Notes under the pieces: generated by a model
Told to the model about the DNA's origin: nothing
Database searches by the model: none
Seen by the model: the letters and a program-made list of their open reading frames with translations, nothing else
Part shown: positions 28,495 to 42,245 of the stretch, one piece after another
How the letters are laid out: each line of letters opens with the position of its first letter
Position numbering within the stretch: the first letter of the stretch is position 1
Made by a program: the position numbers and the translations under genes
DNA from: Eledone cirrhosa
Lineage: Eukaryota
NCBI GenBank assembly: GCA_964016885.1
Contig: OZ024740.1
Span: forward strand, 79,050,001 to 79,114,000
Reading direction: 5' to 3'
Length of the DNA stretch: 64,000 nt

Positions 28495-28690
28495 CAGACC
28501 TGTCAACTCTCCCCTTCCGATGGGTACATCTCCCAACCACTTTGGGGTGGGTGAGAGATGTCTTCTCGTGTGAAAATGAGTTTAGCTTTCATGATGTAAA
28601 ATCTCCCTATTTTGCCTTATTTCTCCCCGTTTTGGGGGCACTTTTTTTCATAGTACTCTCCGTTTGGGTTTTTAGGGGTTGGCAGGTCTG
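28495..28690. mobile_element. MITE with CAGACCTGYCAAC TIRs; second copy 32263-32459 in opposite orientation
   Basis: CAGACCTGTCAAC...GTTGGCAGGTCTG; GTATGT repeated at both flanks. Confidence 0.75.
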
Positions 28691-28807
28691 GTATGTGTGT
28701 GTATGTCACAAGATGTTATATTGACAATATCACTACATACCTGTGTGTGTGGCAGGGTTACAAGACGTAATTGCACTAGTATGTCATATGTTACTGATTG
28801 TATAGAG

Positions 28808-29114
28808 CAGTGTTTCTTTACGGGTGTTCCTAGGAACAATAGGGTCCTGCAAGAGGTCGCTAGGGGTTCTGTGAGAAACTGTGATAAATAAGCTAATACG
28901 AATTTGAGTAATTTTTTGTTTAATTTTATATTCGTAATTTTACTATACATGTAGAGCATATTGCTGGAAAATACTTGGTTATTATAATAAAGACTTCAAA
29001 CTATGATAAAACTATAAGAGATAAATATTAATAATGGCATATAATTATTTTTATGCAGGGGTTCCCTGTGACATGAAAACTATTTCAAGGGTTCCGCAAC
29101 GTTGAGAAACGCTG
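28808..29114. mobile_element. hAT-type MITE
   Basis: CAGTGTTTCT...AGAAACGCTG TIRs, 8-bp TSD GTATAGAG/GTACAGAG. Confidence 0.75.
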
Positions 29115-30335
29115 GTACAGAGAGTATCAACAACAATGGTCATGTTTACAGGTAACTAGTATATATAGAGAGATGATGAGGGGAGAGAGAGGGGGAGGAA
29201 GGAGGAGTGAGAGGGGGGAGAGAGAATTACAAAACATTACAGCTTGACAGTCTTCTATGTAACTACTAAATTTTGAATAAGTTATCATTGTTAGAAAATA
29301 TACCTTATGTTGACAATCCAGAGAGAGAGAGAGAGAGAGAGAGACTAGTATTGTGAATGTGTTTTTGTCACTTTATATGTGTGAATGTTACAGTTTGTGT
29401 GTGTGTCTATCATATGAATCATGCATGCTTTTGTGCATCTCAGTTTGTGTGTGCATGTGTGTGCATGTGTGTACATGTGCATGTGTGTATGCATATCATT
29501 ATGAATGGGTGTATATTTGTTACTACAACTCTGGGCATGTCGCAGTCTCATGTGTACATGCAGGCATGCAAATGTGACAGTAAAGTATCAACTAGCGTCT
29601 GTTGCTGTAGTAACAGACACTATACAGCAGCAATCACAACAACCACACTGCATCAAAGAAAACAACATTCACAACACTGTTGCTGCTAGACAACATATAT
29701 AATTAGCACATCACCACCATCGCCACCACCACCACAACAACAACATTGCATCGTACAACCCCCCCCCCAACAACACTAGCAACATTTTCACAATACAACC
29801 ACCACCACCTCCACAATCACAATACCACTTTGCACCATAGAACAACCACCACTACCACCACCATAGAACCACAACCACCACCACACCACCACCATCACTA
29901 CCACCACCACCATAGAACCACCACCACCACCACCACTAAATCCACCTACTACCTACTAAATCCAGTCTCTCTTCTTACCAGAAACATCAGAAAACATTAA
30001 ATACTACCAACCAACACCATCAACAACATGAGAGAGAGAGAGAGAGAGAGAGAAGACAAAATGTTTTGCATTACAATTCTTCCGCAACATTAACACCACA
30101 CATAGAAGACATAGTGTAAACGAAGGAAAATAATGATCAAACATACTTATATAATCATTACATGTGTACATACTTGTATAACCATTACATGTGTACATAT
30201 TGAGCAACAGAAAGAACTGACAGTAATAGTGTACAATCAATGCATTAGATCCACCCTGGGCCATACCAGTCACACACTCCTGCCTCACCCAATCTTTTCC
30301 CAACAAATTATAAATTATAAAAAAGTAAAACAAGC

Positions 30336-31070
30336 ACTTGATGTGTTTGCTACCAAGTGCTACACAGCAGGAATAAAGATCAGTGCTGAGAAGACTGAGA
30401 TACTCATCCTCTCATTGAAACATGTGGAGTGCACTCTACATGTAAGTAAAGTTCCACTGAAGCAGGTGGAGAAGCTCAAGTATCTCGGTACTGTTTTCAC
30501 AAGTGATGGAAGGCAGGAGGCTGAATTACATGCAAGAATTGTAAGAGCTTGTACAGTAATGTGCCAGCTTCTGCATTCAGTCATCAGAAGATTGTAGGTA
30601 GGTGTAAAAGCCAAAATTCAATTCAGTATTTGTGCCTACCCTTACCTAGGGTCATGAATCTTTGGAAATGACTGAAAGAATATGATTGCAAATACAAGCA
30701 GCCAAAATGGGGTTTCACCGAAGAGTCTTTAGAGTAAGTAAACTCGATAAAGTGCATAGCTTGAAAGTCAAGGAGTTGCTGCCACTTCTCTGAATTGAGA
30801 GATCCCAGCTCTGATACTATGGACATGTGTCTAGAATGGCTTAGGAAAGAATTACTGAACAGATTTTACAAGCAAAATCCACTGGTAGGAGATCCAGAGG
30901 CAGACCACAAGCAAGATGGTTGGATAACATCCATGGACTTGGTTGGTCTTGCTTGGTGATCTAGTTGGATCAATTGGAGATAGTTGCTTCTGACAAGACT
31001 CATTGGAAGGCACGTTTCAGGACTTTGCCTCCACGACCCTCCCAGGAATAAATGGGTGAAGAAGAAGAAG
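30336..31070 (+). mobile_element. Decayed RTE-clade LINE fragment
   Basis: GIKISAEKTEIL...LKQVEKLKYLGTVFTSDGRQEAEL; downstream YGHV and RGRP..RW-like coding; (GAA)n tail. Confidence 0.8.
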
Positions 31071-32262
31071 CATGCTATACATAAATGGTTGTGCACAAAC
31101 CACATGTACAATGAAACAAAAATACTAAATATCTAAGGCCATCACCTGGATATTTGAAAAGGACAGTTTGTTTCCACAGTAAAGTTTTTGAACTGATTGT
31201 CTCTATCAGTACATGAAAGACCACCATTAAATATCTAGAGAGATACACAATACCCCAGAACACTACTACAACAACATACTAAAAACAATATCTTTCCCAC
31301 TCAGCTGAGACAGCAAAAGAAAGCCATACACACAGAAATAGTCACAACATCCATAACCTAACTTAACCCCAGACATTGTGCTAGGATATACAATATCAAC
31401 AATATGTATAGAGGGGCTTCGACTGTCACAATTTGATGTAGTCCACCTTATCCATTCCTGCCGGAGTGACCACCTGTTTGTACGTATATATAGAAAATAC
31501 TGGCAACTCTATGATATATGCATAGAAGGAAATAGAGACAAATATAATTTTTTCGTTTCGTTTTCGTTTCATTACAAGAAAATATTTGTCTTCGGCAGCG
31601 ATGCTACCAATATATTTATTGTATACAAACCTATTACATATGTTTATATATGTCTTCATATATTTCTATTATATATAGAAATATATTGGACACTGGGGAG
31701 AGTGCTACATGCACAGACTGTCGCAATGTGCTCCATACGAGGCAACACTACATGTCAGTGTGTGCAGTATATTCACCAGCTACTCTCGGGTCCCAGCGGT
31801 TTGGAATAAGCGGCGAGGGTGGGGGGTTGGGGGCAGTCGTTTTTCTAGGTTGACCCCGTCGATTATTTTAAAAACCATGATTAGTCGTTTAGCTTACATA
31901 TTGAGAACCCATCCTATTTATTTTATGTGTGAGATTTCTAGTAATGTAGTGTTTTTGTCATGTATAATGTTTTTTAATGAATATAAAAAAAAAAGAATTG
32001 TCTCGGGGATGTTACTACTTAAAATAAAAATTCGCCAGAGATAGATTGAAAAAATTTAATAACCTGGATGGAATAAGAGTGGGGTACGATGACGATGTGG
32101 AAAAAAATCCGAAAAATTAATAAGTGGGAGGAGGCATTTATTCGAGAGGAAGTAAAAACATTGTATAACTAAAAGTGGGATTGGCTGGTCAAACATTATT
32201 TTCCAGAAGACAACCTGCATTCTATAGGACTGTTTGACTCAGACTAACCTGGGTTTACAAAA

Positions 32263-32459
32263 CAGACCTGCCAACCTCTAGAAATCCAAACGGAGAGTAC
32301 CATTAAAAAAAAAGTGCCCCAAAATGGGGAGAAATGAGGCAAAATGGGGAGATTTTATATAATGGAAGCTATACCCATTTTCACAAAAACGGGGAGACGA
32401 GGAGAAATGAACCAAAACGAGGAGATCTCCCCGTTGGACGGGGAAAGTTGACAGGTCTG
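32263..32459. mobile_element. MITE, same family as 28495-28690
   Basis: CAGACCTGCCAAC...GTTGACAGGTCTG. Confidence 0.75.
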
Positions 32460-33029
32460 TATACAATAACACAAAGATCAATCAACAAAAGAATTTCTAT
32501 GTGATTACCCCAAGACCTATAAATAGTAACCAACTCTGACAGTAACATCTTAAATAAAGGACACACACTGTATAGTTTTTGATACTCTCCCGCATGATCT
32601 TGGTGGGAACAAGTTTTATAAAAGATCTTCTCAATAAAGGATTACAGGACCGAACAACAACACAACATTACAACACCACTCAATACAACACATTACAACA
32701 CTACACATGACCACCAGAGTACATAGTAACAACATCATAACCTCCACAAGATAACTACACAAGATAACTACATAGTAACAACATCATAACCTCCACAAGA
32801 TAACACACAAGATAACTACAACTCCGTAGTGACGACTTCACAACCACCACCACCACCACAACAACAACAATAACTATACCACGCCGCACAGTATAGCTAC
32901 TACACAAAACCATCACTAGAACCACGTGCCTACAAAAGAGCCTTTATATGGGTGGTCGACCTACTAGAAATAACAGTGAAATTTCCCTCAAGTTATATTC
33001 TGCTGTCTTTAAAAAGGAAACATTAGACA

Positions 33030-33224
33030 CAGTGCCGGATTTACCATGCTTAGGTGTGCTTAAACACAGAGCCCCTTTGGCCAGGGGATCCCATCTTCCT
33101 GCCAAACAAATTTTTTACGATGAATTTTTCAAATGTTTTACCGGGCCTACCTCCTTCAGAGCCCAAGTAAGGAGCCTCATAACTTAACTAGGACAGGGCC
33201 TCGTTTGTCCTAAATCCAGCACTG
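33030..33224. mobile_element. hAT-type MITE
   Basis: CAGTGCCGGATTTA...TAAATCCAGCACTG TIRs, 8-bp TSD ATTAGACA/GTTAGACA. Confidence 0.8.
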
Positions 33225-34035
33225 GTTAGACAATATAGTCCATGGTACACACAAAAGATGTTCATGGCTGAAACAACTTTGATTATATGTTTATTTTCAA
33301 TATAGAATTTTAAAAAAGAGGGAAACAAAAGGAAAGAAAGAATAGGGAAATATAGAAAAAAAATATAGAAAAGAAAGAGGAGAGAAAGAAAGAAGAAATA
33401 GATTGGGAAGGGGAGAGAATGGCAACAGCTCTGGTGTCGCAGAAGAGAGGGGAGGGGTGAAGGGGAGGGTGATTGGGCTTTGGGCCTAGGGCAAGAGGGC
33501 AGAAGTGCTGCGCCCGGCTGACAAGACGGCAAAAGTATTCCCCCGGACGATGACCAGTGACACCTGCTGCAACAACCACCCGACCTCGCGGGGCTCCTTC
33601 CTCAGACGGGCTGGATTATTGGTTTGCAATATGGTAGACACCCTGGGGTTAAACAACCACAATGACCCCTCCCCTTCCTTCGCTACCACAACCACCACCC
33701 TCTAATCACAAACACAACGAAACGAAGAAGAAAAATAAAATAAAATGTAGCTGATGAGACCAAGGAAATTATGTTTCTATTGGCCTTTCTATTGCCACTA
33801 CTATCTTTCATATATATATATATGAAGGTTTGTTTGCCAATACCTGATTGGTGTTTTCGTTGCTTTGGTTTCATGTGGCTGGGTTCACCGGTCGCAGTTT
33901 CCAATGTGTCAAGCTATCTAACATATGTTATTACTCGAAGGTGACACAACCTTATCGAGTGCTTTGCTGCACATTCCTAATTGTATATCGTTGGCTTGGC
34001 CACAGCCAAAACTTCGATTTTACTGAACTTGCATT

Positions 34036-34125
<90 letters not shown>

Positions 34126-35812
34126 TGCCTGCCGGTTGTATCATAGCTTTTCTGGTGATGGGAGGCTGGATATGAACTCTCGGAACAGATATCTGCCACC
34201 TTAAGACGAGTACCTTATTTTTTTACTACAAAAGGATGACATAAAAAGTTGACCTCGGCGTGATTTGAACACAGAGCTGAGAGAGACGGATCAAACACTG
34301 AGGCATTTAACACTATCCTCTAACAACTCTGCCAGTTTGAGCAACGTTTGAGAGAGAGAAAGAGTGGGGAAGAAAGAGTGAAATGACGAGAAAAAGAAAA
34401 TGTCAGCTAAGTGATGTCAGTAAGTCAAGTGGATAATTTCTAATGTAAGTAATTGAGATGAAATATCTTGATACGAGACTGAAGTGGCATCGAGGTAGGA
34501 TTAGACATGTAGTAAAGATTTAGATATATTGACCAATGGTTCTGTTGTGACTATAGCAGAGAGGGGGGAGATCGTTGTATGAACCGTGCCCGCTACGCTA
34601 CACTACACGCACGCACAAACACGCACACACGTACATATTTCTTCCTCCAAGCGTGAAACTAATACACTGCGTGCTATTGCATCCGCTTTCTCGCTATGAG
34701 GTTTGTTAATATCAAAAGGTTTGATTGTGCTCAGGCTTTTGATATTTTATAGGAACTCTGCGTACAAAATAAAATCAAACTATAAAAAAAAAAAATATTT
34801 AAAAAATAGGATATGTTGGTTAGTGGTTTAGAAGGTAAGAGAAGGTGATAAGAAGATTTATAAAGTAAATATAAATAAAACATTTCTCTATTGCTTGTTC
34901 TCCAAAAAACATTGTTTATTAACCCTTACAGTAAACACAAAGAAGCAAACACACACACACGTACACCAGGTCCAAAATCAGAGGAGCCGAACTCCCACTG
35001 TCATCATCTTGTTTGTTCGTTTCTTGTTTCCTTGACTTATATATTTGTATGTATATATATATTCATATATAGCAAAGGTAAAAATATAATTATATTTGCA
35101 TGTAGAGAGCTATATAGGAAAGTATAATATTGCCAACTCTTATTTGTTGTGAGTTATGTCTAGATACTGGCTAGGGGATATGGGGTTCGATTACTCATAG
35201 CGCCCAATGGCAACTTCTTTTCCCGTCTGTAATGGTTTTCACCCAATTTTGTAAGCTATTTTATAGCCTCTCTACGCATGAGCACATCATTCTTTATATT
35301 AACTTTCTTTTCTCAGCGCTTCGTAAAAGTCGGCGAGATCGGATACATATACATGAAACTTCTAATTTAACTTGGATAAATGTAAAGTAATAGTTTGGTC
35401 ATGGTAATACCCAAACAGATTGCAATGTGTTTGATAACAACTTAATGGTTTTATACAAGAAAATGATATGGGAGTTTTAATGACAACAGATATAAAATCC
35501 AGCAGCAATATTTCAAACATTGAAAGGCCAACTAAATGTTAGGATTGATTAACAGTTCTTTTAAATATGAGGCGTTGAGAGTCATTCTCAGAATTACACA
35601 ATTATATGAGACAACATACTGGGTACTACATGGTGTCATTTGTTAAGGAAATATATGGATGCTTTAGAAAATAATTCCAAGTGACTAAATCAGTTCCAGA
35701 AATATCCAGATAATAAACCCGTCATAATATAAACAATGGTTCCAAAGACTTAATTTGTCCATATTGGGAAAAACGTATAAGAGAGGCGACTTAATAGAAA
35801 CACGTCATTTTT

Positions 35813-36414
35813 TGGATTGGCAGAATCGGTAGAGCTTAGGACACTGTGCTTCGCAGCATAGAGTTACGTCCCTTTATGTTCTGATTTCTAATCCCGCCGA
35901 GGTTAACTTCGTCTTTCATCCTTATGGGGTCGATAAAATAAAGTACCAGTAATGCACTGGGATAATTTCTGGCATTATGCCAAAAGTAGAAACAATTATT
36001 ACAGTGTCGGTAGAGCGTTAGACACCGTACTTTGCAGCACAGAGTTATGACCCTTTACGTCCCCAGTTCAAATCCCGCCGAGGTTAGCTTTGTTTTTCAT
36101 CCTTACGGGTCGATAAAATAAAGTACCAGTAATGCACTGGTATCGATTTAATCGACTTTCCCTCCTCCCAAATTGCTGGCCTTGTGCCTAAATCTGAAAC
36201 CATTATTGCTGTGTCGGTGGAATGTCGGACATCATGCTTTGCGCCATAGAGTTACAGCCCTTTACGTTCTGAGTTCAAATTCCGCCGAGGTTAACTTTGC
36301 CTTTCATCCTTACGGGGTCAATAAAATAAAGTACCAGTATTGAACTGATTGATTTAATCGACATTCCCCTCCTCCCAAATTTCTGGCCTTGTGCCTAAAT
36401 CAGGAACCATTATT
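35813..36414 (+). mobile_element. Three head-to-tail tRNA-derived SINEs
   Basis: Three B-boxes and three central blocks at ~200-bp spacing. Confidence 0.85.
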
Positions 36415-36559
36415 GCAGTTGGAAATGTTATCAGCGTTAAATTCTTTAAGGAAAATACAAAAAGGTCCCAAACCTTTTCTTCCACTCCGTAGCAACTTTT
36501 CATAAATATATTTGTCACCGCCTTCATGAAACGAGTATATATGTGAGTGTATATACATA

Positions 36560-37050
36560 TATTTCCTTGACCGACCAGTCTGTCGAGCGTCCATTCGGCG
36601 CCTCTGGTCACAGCACGCCGTCCATTCCTCTCTGGATCGTGCTTTCCTCATCCATGTAGTCCCAATCGTATTCCTAAAATCGTTACTCCACCTTCGTGGA
36701 GGCCTTCCGAGTGGTCATTTCCGCTCGCGCGGATACCACTCGGCAACTGCGCGGTCCACCGATTATCGGTGAACCGGGCGACGTGTCCAGCTCATCTGAA
36801 TTGCATCGCATATATTCTGTGATGACGTCTCTCACGCCGGACTTCTGTCTGATGACGTGGCTCCTGATGTGTTCTCTCAACGAGATTCCTAGCATTGTTC
36901 TCTCCATGGCTCTTTGAGCCGTTACCAGCCTCTGTTCTTCTCTCTTCGTTGTAGCCCAAGTTTCACTGCCATATAACATTGCAGGTAAAACTGTGCTATT
37001 GAAGAGGCTGTGCTCAGGGAGGCGAGTTCCGGATGCACCACCGACATAGC
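36560..37050 (-). mobile_element. RTE-clade LINE 3' fragment (different family)
   Basis: MLYGSETWATTKREEQRLVTAQRAMERTMLGISLREHIRS; downstream ARSREEW. Confidence 0.85.
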
Positions 37051-37059
37051 TCTGCTGTC

Positions 37060-37128
<69 letters not shown>

Positions 37129-37148
37129 CATATATATATATATATATA

Positions 37149-37786
37149 TTCGTAGGAAAATGGAAAAGCTCGGCGTAAGGAAGCTGTTAAAAGAACAAAG
37201 TGACGTCGATGCTGCGTTGGGTAAAACATTACATCGAGGGACAGAGATCAGCGGCTTGATGCCAGATTCATTCTTTCTTTCTCTCCCTTTTCTCTCACCG
37301 CTCCCTTTCTTTCTTCCCTCCTCCTCACACTGTTACCTACTTTCTTCCCCTATCCTTTCTACAAGCCAGTTCTGCTGCTCTTCCTTTCTCGCGACGACTT
37401 GAGGTCGATCAGACGCTCTCCATTTGCTCTCTCTCTCTCTCTAACCTATCCCAACACAAACATTATACCAGCGAAAGTAAAATTTCTCCGTTGTTACGAG
37501 CCACCTAATCTCCGCAGTAATCTCATTAAATCGTCGAAACTGCAGGTGGTTGAGATCTGATGAGCGTGTTTGTGATCTCTTCTCATCCATTCTATTTCTT
37601 TCTTCCTATCATCTCTTCGAGTCAACTCACGTCGCGCCGCTGATCTCTGTCCCTCGAAGTAATGTTTTACCCAACGCTGCATCGACGGCATTTTTCAGTT
37701 TTTACAGCTTCCTTATCCGAGTTTTTCCATTTTCCTACGAATTCTAATACACTCGCGTTTCAAGACTCAATATTCGAGCTAATTTT

Positions 37787-37790
<4 letters not shown>
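37149..37790. mobile_element. (TA)n-flanked element with ~105-bp inverted arms (37149-37255 / 37637-37741) and a short tail
   Basis: CGTAGGAAAATGGAAAA...GAGATCAGCGGC mirrored by GCCGCTGATCTC...TTTTCCTACGAA. Confidence 0.7.
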
Positions 37791-37815
<25 letters not shown>

Positions 37816-37821
<6 letters not shown>

Positions 37822-38480
37822 TAAAGTGGTCCTCCATCAGTGATCTTCCAACCATCATCGGTATTTCTTCGCTTTAAAGACCATATACCTCCGGTTGGTG
37901 CGAGCAACGGCTAAAGAAAGTCGTTGGGACACGTAAATAAAGGGAACAGCGAGAGTGTAAACAAACAAAGATGGTGAAGCAACGAAAAATGAGGAAGAGC
38001 GAGTCAAGTCCAAACATTTCCATGAATATAAGTTCGGTGAAATCGTGAACGAGAGAGAATAAAGACCATCAAACCTGGTTGAAATGTGAGCAAGGAAGGA
38101 ATTTCGCACAGGTCTAACGGGAGGAAGAAGGGGTCTAGTCTGTGAATTCGGTAAACATAAGTTCTGTGAAATCGTAGACGAGAGAGAGAAAAAATGCCGA
38201 CCGGCCTGGCCAAGCGTGCGAAAGAAAAGAATTACGCACAGGTCAAACGGGAAGAAGGAGAAGGAGGAGAGGTAGTAACAGAGAGTGAGTGAGTGAAGGG
38301 TGAGGAAGAGGCTAACAGAGAGAGTGACTGTTAGAGAGGGTAAAGATACAGAGAAAGAGGAAGCAGTAAGAACGAAATAGACGGGTCACAGCGGGAGAAA
38401 AAAATATGTGTAAATATGAGAATAAACGTGCTGCGGAGTTGCAAATGGGTTACATATGAATAAAGTGGTCCTTCATCAGT
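37816..38480 (-). mobile_element. (TA)n-flanked 639-bp unit with terminal direct repeat; homologous to 58722-59322 (+)
   Basis: TGAATAAAGTGGTCCT.CATCAGT at 37818 and 38457; shared CCAACC...ATACC...GGTTGG block. Confidence 0.7.
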
Positions 38481-38502
38481 ATATATATATATATATATAT
38501 AT

Positions 38503-39007
38503 AGATAAATCTACCAAAATATACGGTAGTGTCAAATCCGTATGAAGAATTCAATGTAATCCAAATATCATGAAAAGAGAAGATGTATTCAAAATTTATT
38601 TCGATGAAAAACGCAGGAAAACAGAGTCAAGATGAATTAATAAAAATAATGAATAAAAACAAAGAAACAGTTCCTTATATTAAAAAATTCATCATTTTAC
38701 GATCGTTTCTAGGATATATATGTGTGTTTTGGTATGTATATCATATAGATCTATGTAAAAATTTTACAAACTATCAGAGGGAATATACATACCTGACACA
38801 TATATATGCTGTCTTCAGAAATTATTTCTGAAGATAGCATATATATGTGTAGGTATGTATATTCCCTCTGATAGTTTGTAAAATTTTTACATAGATCTAT
38901 ATGATATACATACCAAAACACACATATATATCCTAGAAACGATCGTAAAATGATGAATTTTTTAATATAAGGAACTGTTTCTTTGTTTTTATTCATTATT
39001 TTTATTA

Positions 39008-39010
<3 letters not shown>
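38503..39010. mobile_element. Palindromic HHR-bearing element, family C, in (TA)n
   Basis: ~190-bp near-perfect inverted arms centred at about 38821, plus a left tail. Confidence 0.85.
38822..38953 (+). ncRNA. Type I hammerhead ribozyme with ~100-nt stem II (family C); mirror copy 38692-38822 (-)
   Basis: TTATTT-CTGAAGA-TAGCATATATATGTGT...ACACATATATATCCTA-GAAA-CGATCG-TA-AAATGA. Confidence 0.75.
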
Positions 39011-39054
<44 letters not shown>

Positions 39055-40083
39055 CCGTCCAACACAGGCCAGTGAGGAAAGTGCACATAAATGGAGATGA
39101 TCAGAGTTTTTGCACTTAACATCTGTATGTTTAACTTGATAATCCCAGTTACATGCGCTAAGCTGACTTTGAAATGTAAACTTGGGGTTTTGTTGTGTAT
39201 TTTGATTTTTTTTTGTGTATGACCCCACCCACCAGCACTACCACCACCACCACCACAAAAAAACAAAAAAAAACTGAAGTGCCCAAGGCCTTAAAATTCT
39301 AAATCTGGCCCTGAAAGCCATAGGAAAAACATAAATTTCACTTATAAAGAGAAACGGGTGTAACAATAAAAAATTACAAAAAAAACATATTTCTTCTTCG
39401 AAAAAGCATACTGCAATTGTGTCTATAACTTGTTTTACTTTCTTTAATGTTACTGCAACAGGAAGATATTTTAATTGAATACTATTTCACAAAATTAATT
39501 TAAATGAAGTTTTGAGTTTTATTTAAATTCTTTAAAATTTTCCATGATTCTGTCTTCTTCAATGTTCCATGAAGTGGGCTCAGAAAAAAAATTAATAATT
39601 CAACACTTTTAGGTGTGTATTATTACCAGAACCTAAATTATTCTCTTTAAATTTAATATTCTTTAGTTAATGATATTGTCTTCCATGTATGAATTATGTA
39701 TTACTCTATTACGTATTCCAGCCGAGGGGACGAGACCATGCCGAGGCACCGCTATTGTATTCAATTTTTTTTTTACGTAGCAGTGATTTAAATATTCATT
39801 TTCTTCAAATGCATAACATTTAAAAGCACTCCGTTGTGCCAACACATAAATTATCGTTCCATGGATATAAAAACTAATTTTCGATTACATAACAAGAAGT
39901 AAATCGTACACTTAGTGGTTTTATCCAGTCGACTTCCTTCTAGAGTATTTAATAATGGTTTCTTATATAGGCACAAGGCCAGCAATTTCGGGGGAGGGGA
40001 AAGTTGATTAAATCAACCCCAGTATGTTACTAGTACTTTATTTTATCGACCCCGTAAGCATGAAAGTCAACATAAACGGCCGT

Positions 40084-40210
<127 letters not shown>

Positions 40211-41201
40211 AATAAAATAAGAAGCGCAGGACTGCGTACGGTTTATAATTTTTTTATCCCCTTAGTAAAATAAGTTGGATTACTTTGAATAAATAATTGT
40301 TTCTACTTTAGGCACAAGGCCAGCAATTACCCAGTGCATTACTGGTACTTTATTTTATCGACCCCGTAAGGATGAAAGGCAAAGTCAATTGAATAAATAA
40401 TGAATGAATATTGGATAATTTATCTACTAAATTTCGTGGCTGTTCATTAAATATATTTTATTACTTATTTAAAGAATCACTTCTTTACAATTTTCAAATG
40501 TCAACACTTCCGGTTAGCGATCGTTTAAATAAATATTCATATATTTCTGTCACTAATTTTCTCCTAATGCAGTTTATATATAATATCAACTTTTTTTAAT
40601 GTATCATGGATTACCTTACTGATTACATAAGAGAGTGTAATACAGTCTTCGTTCAATTTCTGTGTATATTGTCAATTACGATTTTATTTGATCATATCTA
40701 CATGTATATATACTTGTGTATAATATCAATATACACACTACACATGCTAGCAGATATATAATATCATCTTTTTTTAATGTATCATGTATTACGTTACTGA
40801 TTACATAAGACAATGTAACGCAGTCTTCGTTCAATTTCTGTGTATATTGTCAATTACGGTTTTATTTGATGTATCATATCTACATGTATATATACTTGCG
40901 TATAATATCAATATACACACTACACATGCTAGCAGAAAACCACCCTTCGGGTGGTTTTCTGCTAGTGTATATAACGGGTCGAATGCTGGGACGAATGGTT
41001 GTGTTGTGGTGTCATTGTTGCTGTGTAGAGTGTAGGCGGGAGAAGCTTGATGTGCCTGATACAGTGTGACCAGAGATTGTGGGTGTGCAAGTAAGTGAGT
41101 AACAGTATTCATTGTGACGATAATGATATGATGGTTTCTTGATCACGTAGGAAATGAAATATATAAATTACAGTAACACAAAGCCGCTATGTTACTGAAT
41201 T

Positions 41202-41447
41202 ATGACAACATACACAGGCGAGACAGCTCGTAGCATAAGTAAAAGGATAGACCAACACTGGGGGGAATTAAAAGGACGAAAAAACGGTTCAGTACTATAC
41301 GAACACGCCAGACAACAACATGACGGTAACATTGACAACATAGAAATTAAAATAATATCTAAACATAGAAATGACCCAACAGGTAGGCAAATCAGAGAGG
41401 CCAGGGAAATAGAACTTAAAAGGCCAAAGCTAAACAAAAAAAAATGA
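41202..41447 (+). pseudogene. PLE GIY-YIG endonuclease C-terminal fragment
   Basis: YTGETARSISKRIDQH...S.LYEH....H...RQIREA..I....PKLNKK matches the PLE GIY-YIG layout. Confidence 0.75.
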
Positions 41448-41959
41448 ATGGAATAGTAACAATACTCAAACAAACAATACTGACTTAAGAGAAATATAAA
41501 TAAATAAATAAATATATAAATATATACACAAACACAATAACAACAAACATATAAACACACACTAATAAACTAAGATAGAATACAATAACCAAAACACAGC
41601 CACCCAAACGCGAACACACACACCAAACACTATACACATACGCAAACGCATGCGCAGAGAAGAAGACAAAAATAAATAAATAAATAAACAGTCAAAATAA
41701 AAATGGCGTAGGCATACAATACAACAGGAGTAAAATAATAGTACCACTGATAATGTTGCAGATGTGCAACGAAAGAACTTTGTTAGACTATATATATGTG
41801 TTTATATCTGTATTTTTTACCGTTGGTCAGTCAAACATTGTGGACCAAATGAATTAACTGTGGAGATATAAAAGATAGAGAAGCGAAAACCAACCAAACA
41901 GTGAGTGTGTTCTGTTATTATTTCTGGCAATATTATTACAACAATATGACCCTCCCCAA

Positions 41960-42010
<51 letters not shown>

Positions 42011-42012
<2 letters not shown>

Positions 42013-42199
42013 AACAAGTAAGACCCCGAGGGCTGAGCTCAAGCCGTTTCGACGGCTAATTCTGTACTGAATTAGCCGTCGAAACGGCTTGAGCTCAGCC
42101 GTCGGGGTCTTACTTGTTCCTATTACCCACTCTACTACCCTAAGTATTGAGTACTTTGGTGCTTTATGGTCCACCTGGTTCCTTACCACATTTCCTTCG

Positions 42200-42201
<2 letters not shown>
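42011..42201. mobile_element. Palindromic element, family D, carrying 3' halves of an HHR; homologous to 58464-58657
   Basis: GAAA-CGGCT-TGAGCTC-AGCCG-TC-GGGG mirrored about 42066; CUGANGA half missing. Confidence 0.75.

Positions 42202-42244
<43 letters not shown>

Positions 42245-42245
<1 letters not shown>

Noticed and set aside
33747-33805. CTGATGA followed by a hairpin
   Set aside because: No GAAA after the stem, so not callable as a hammerhead
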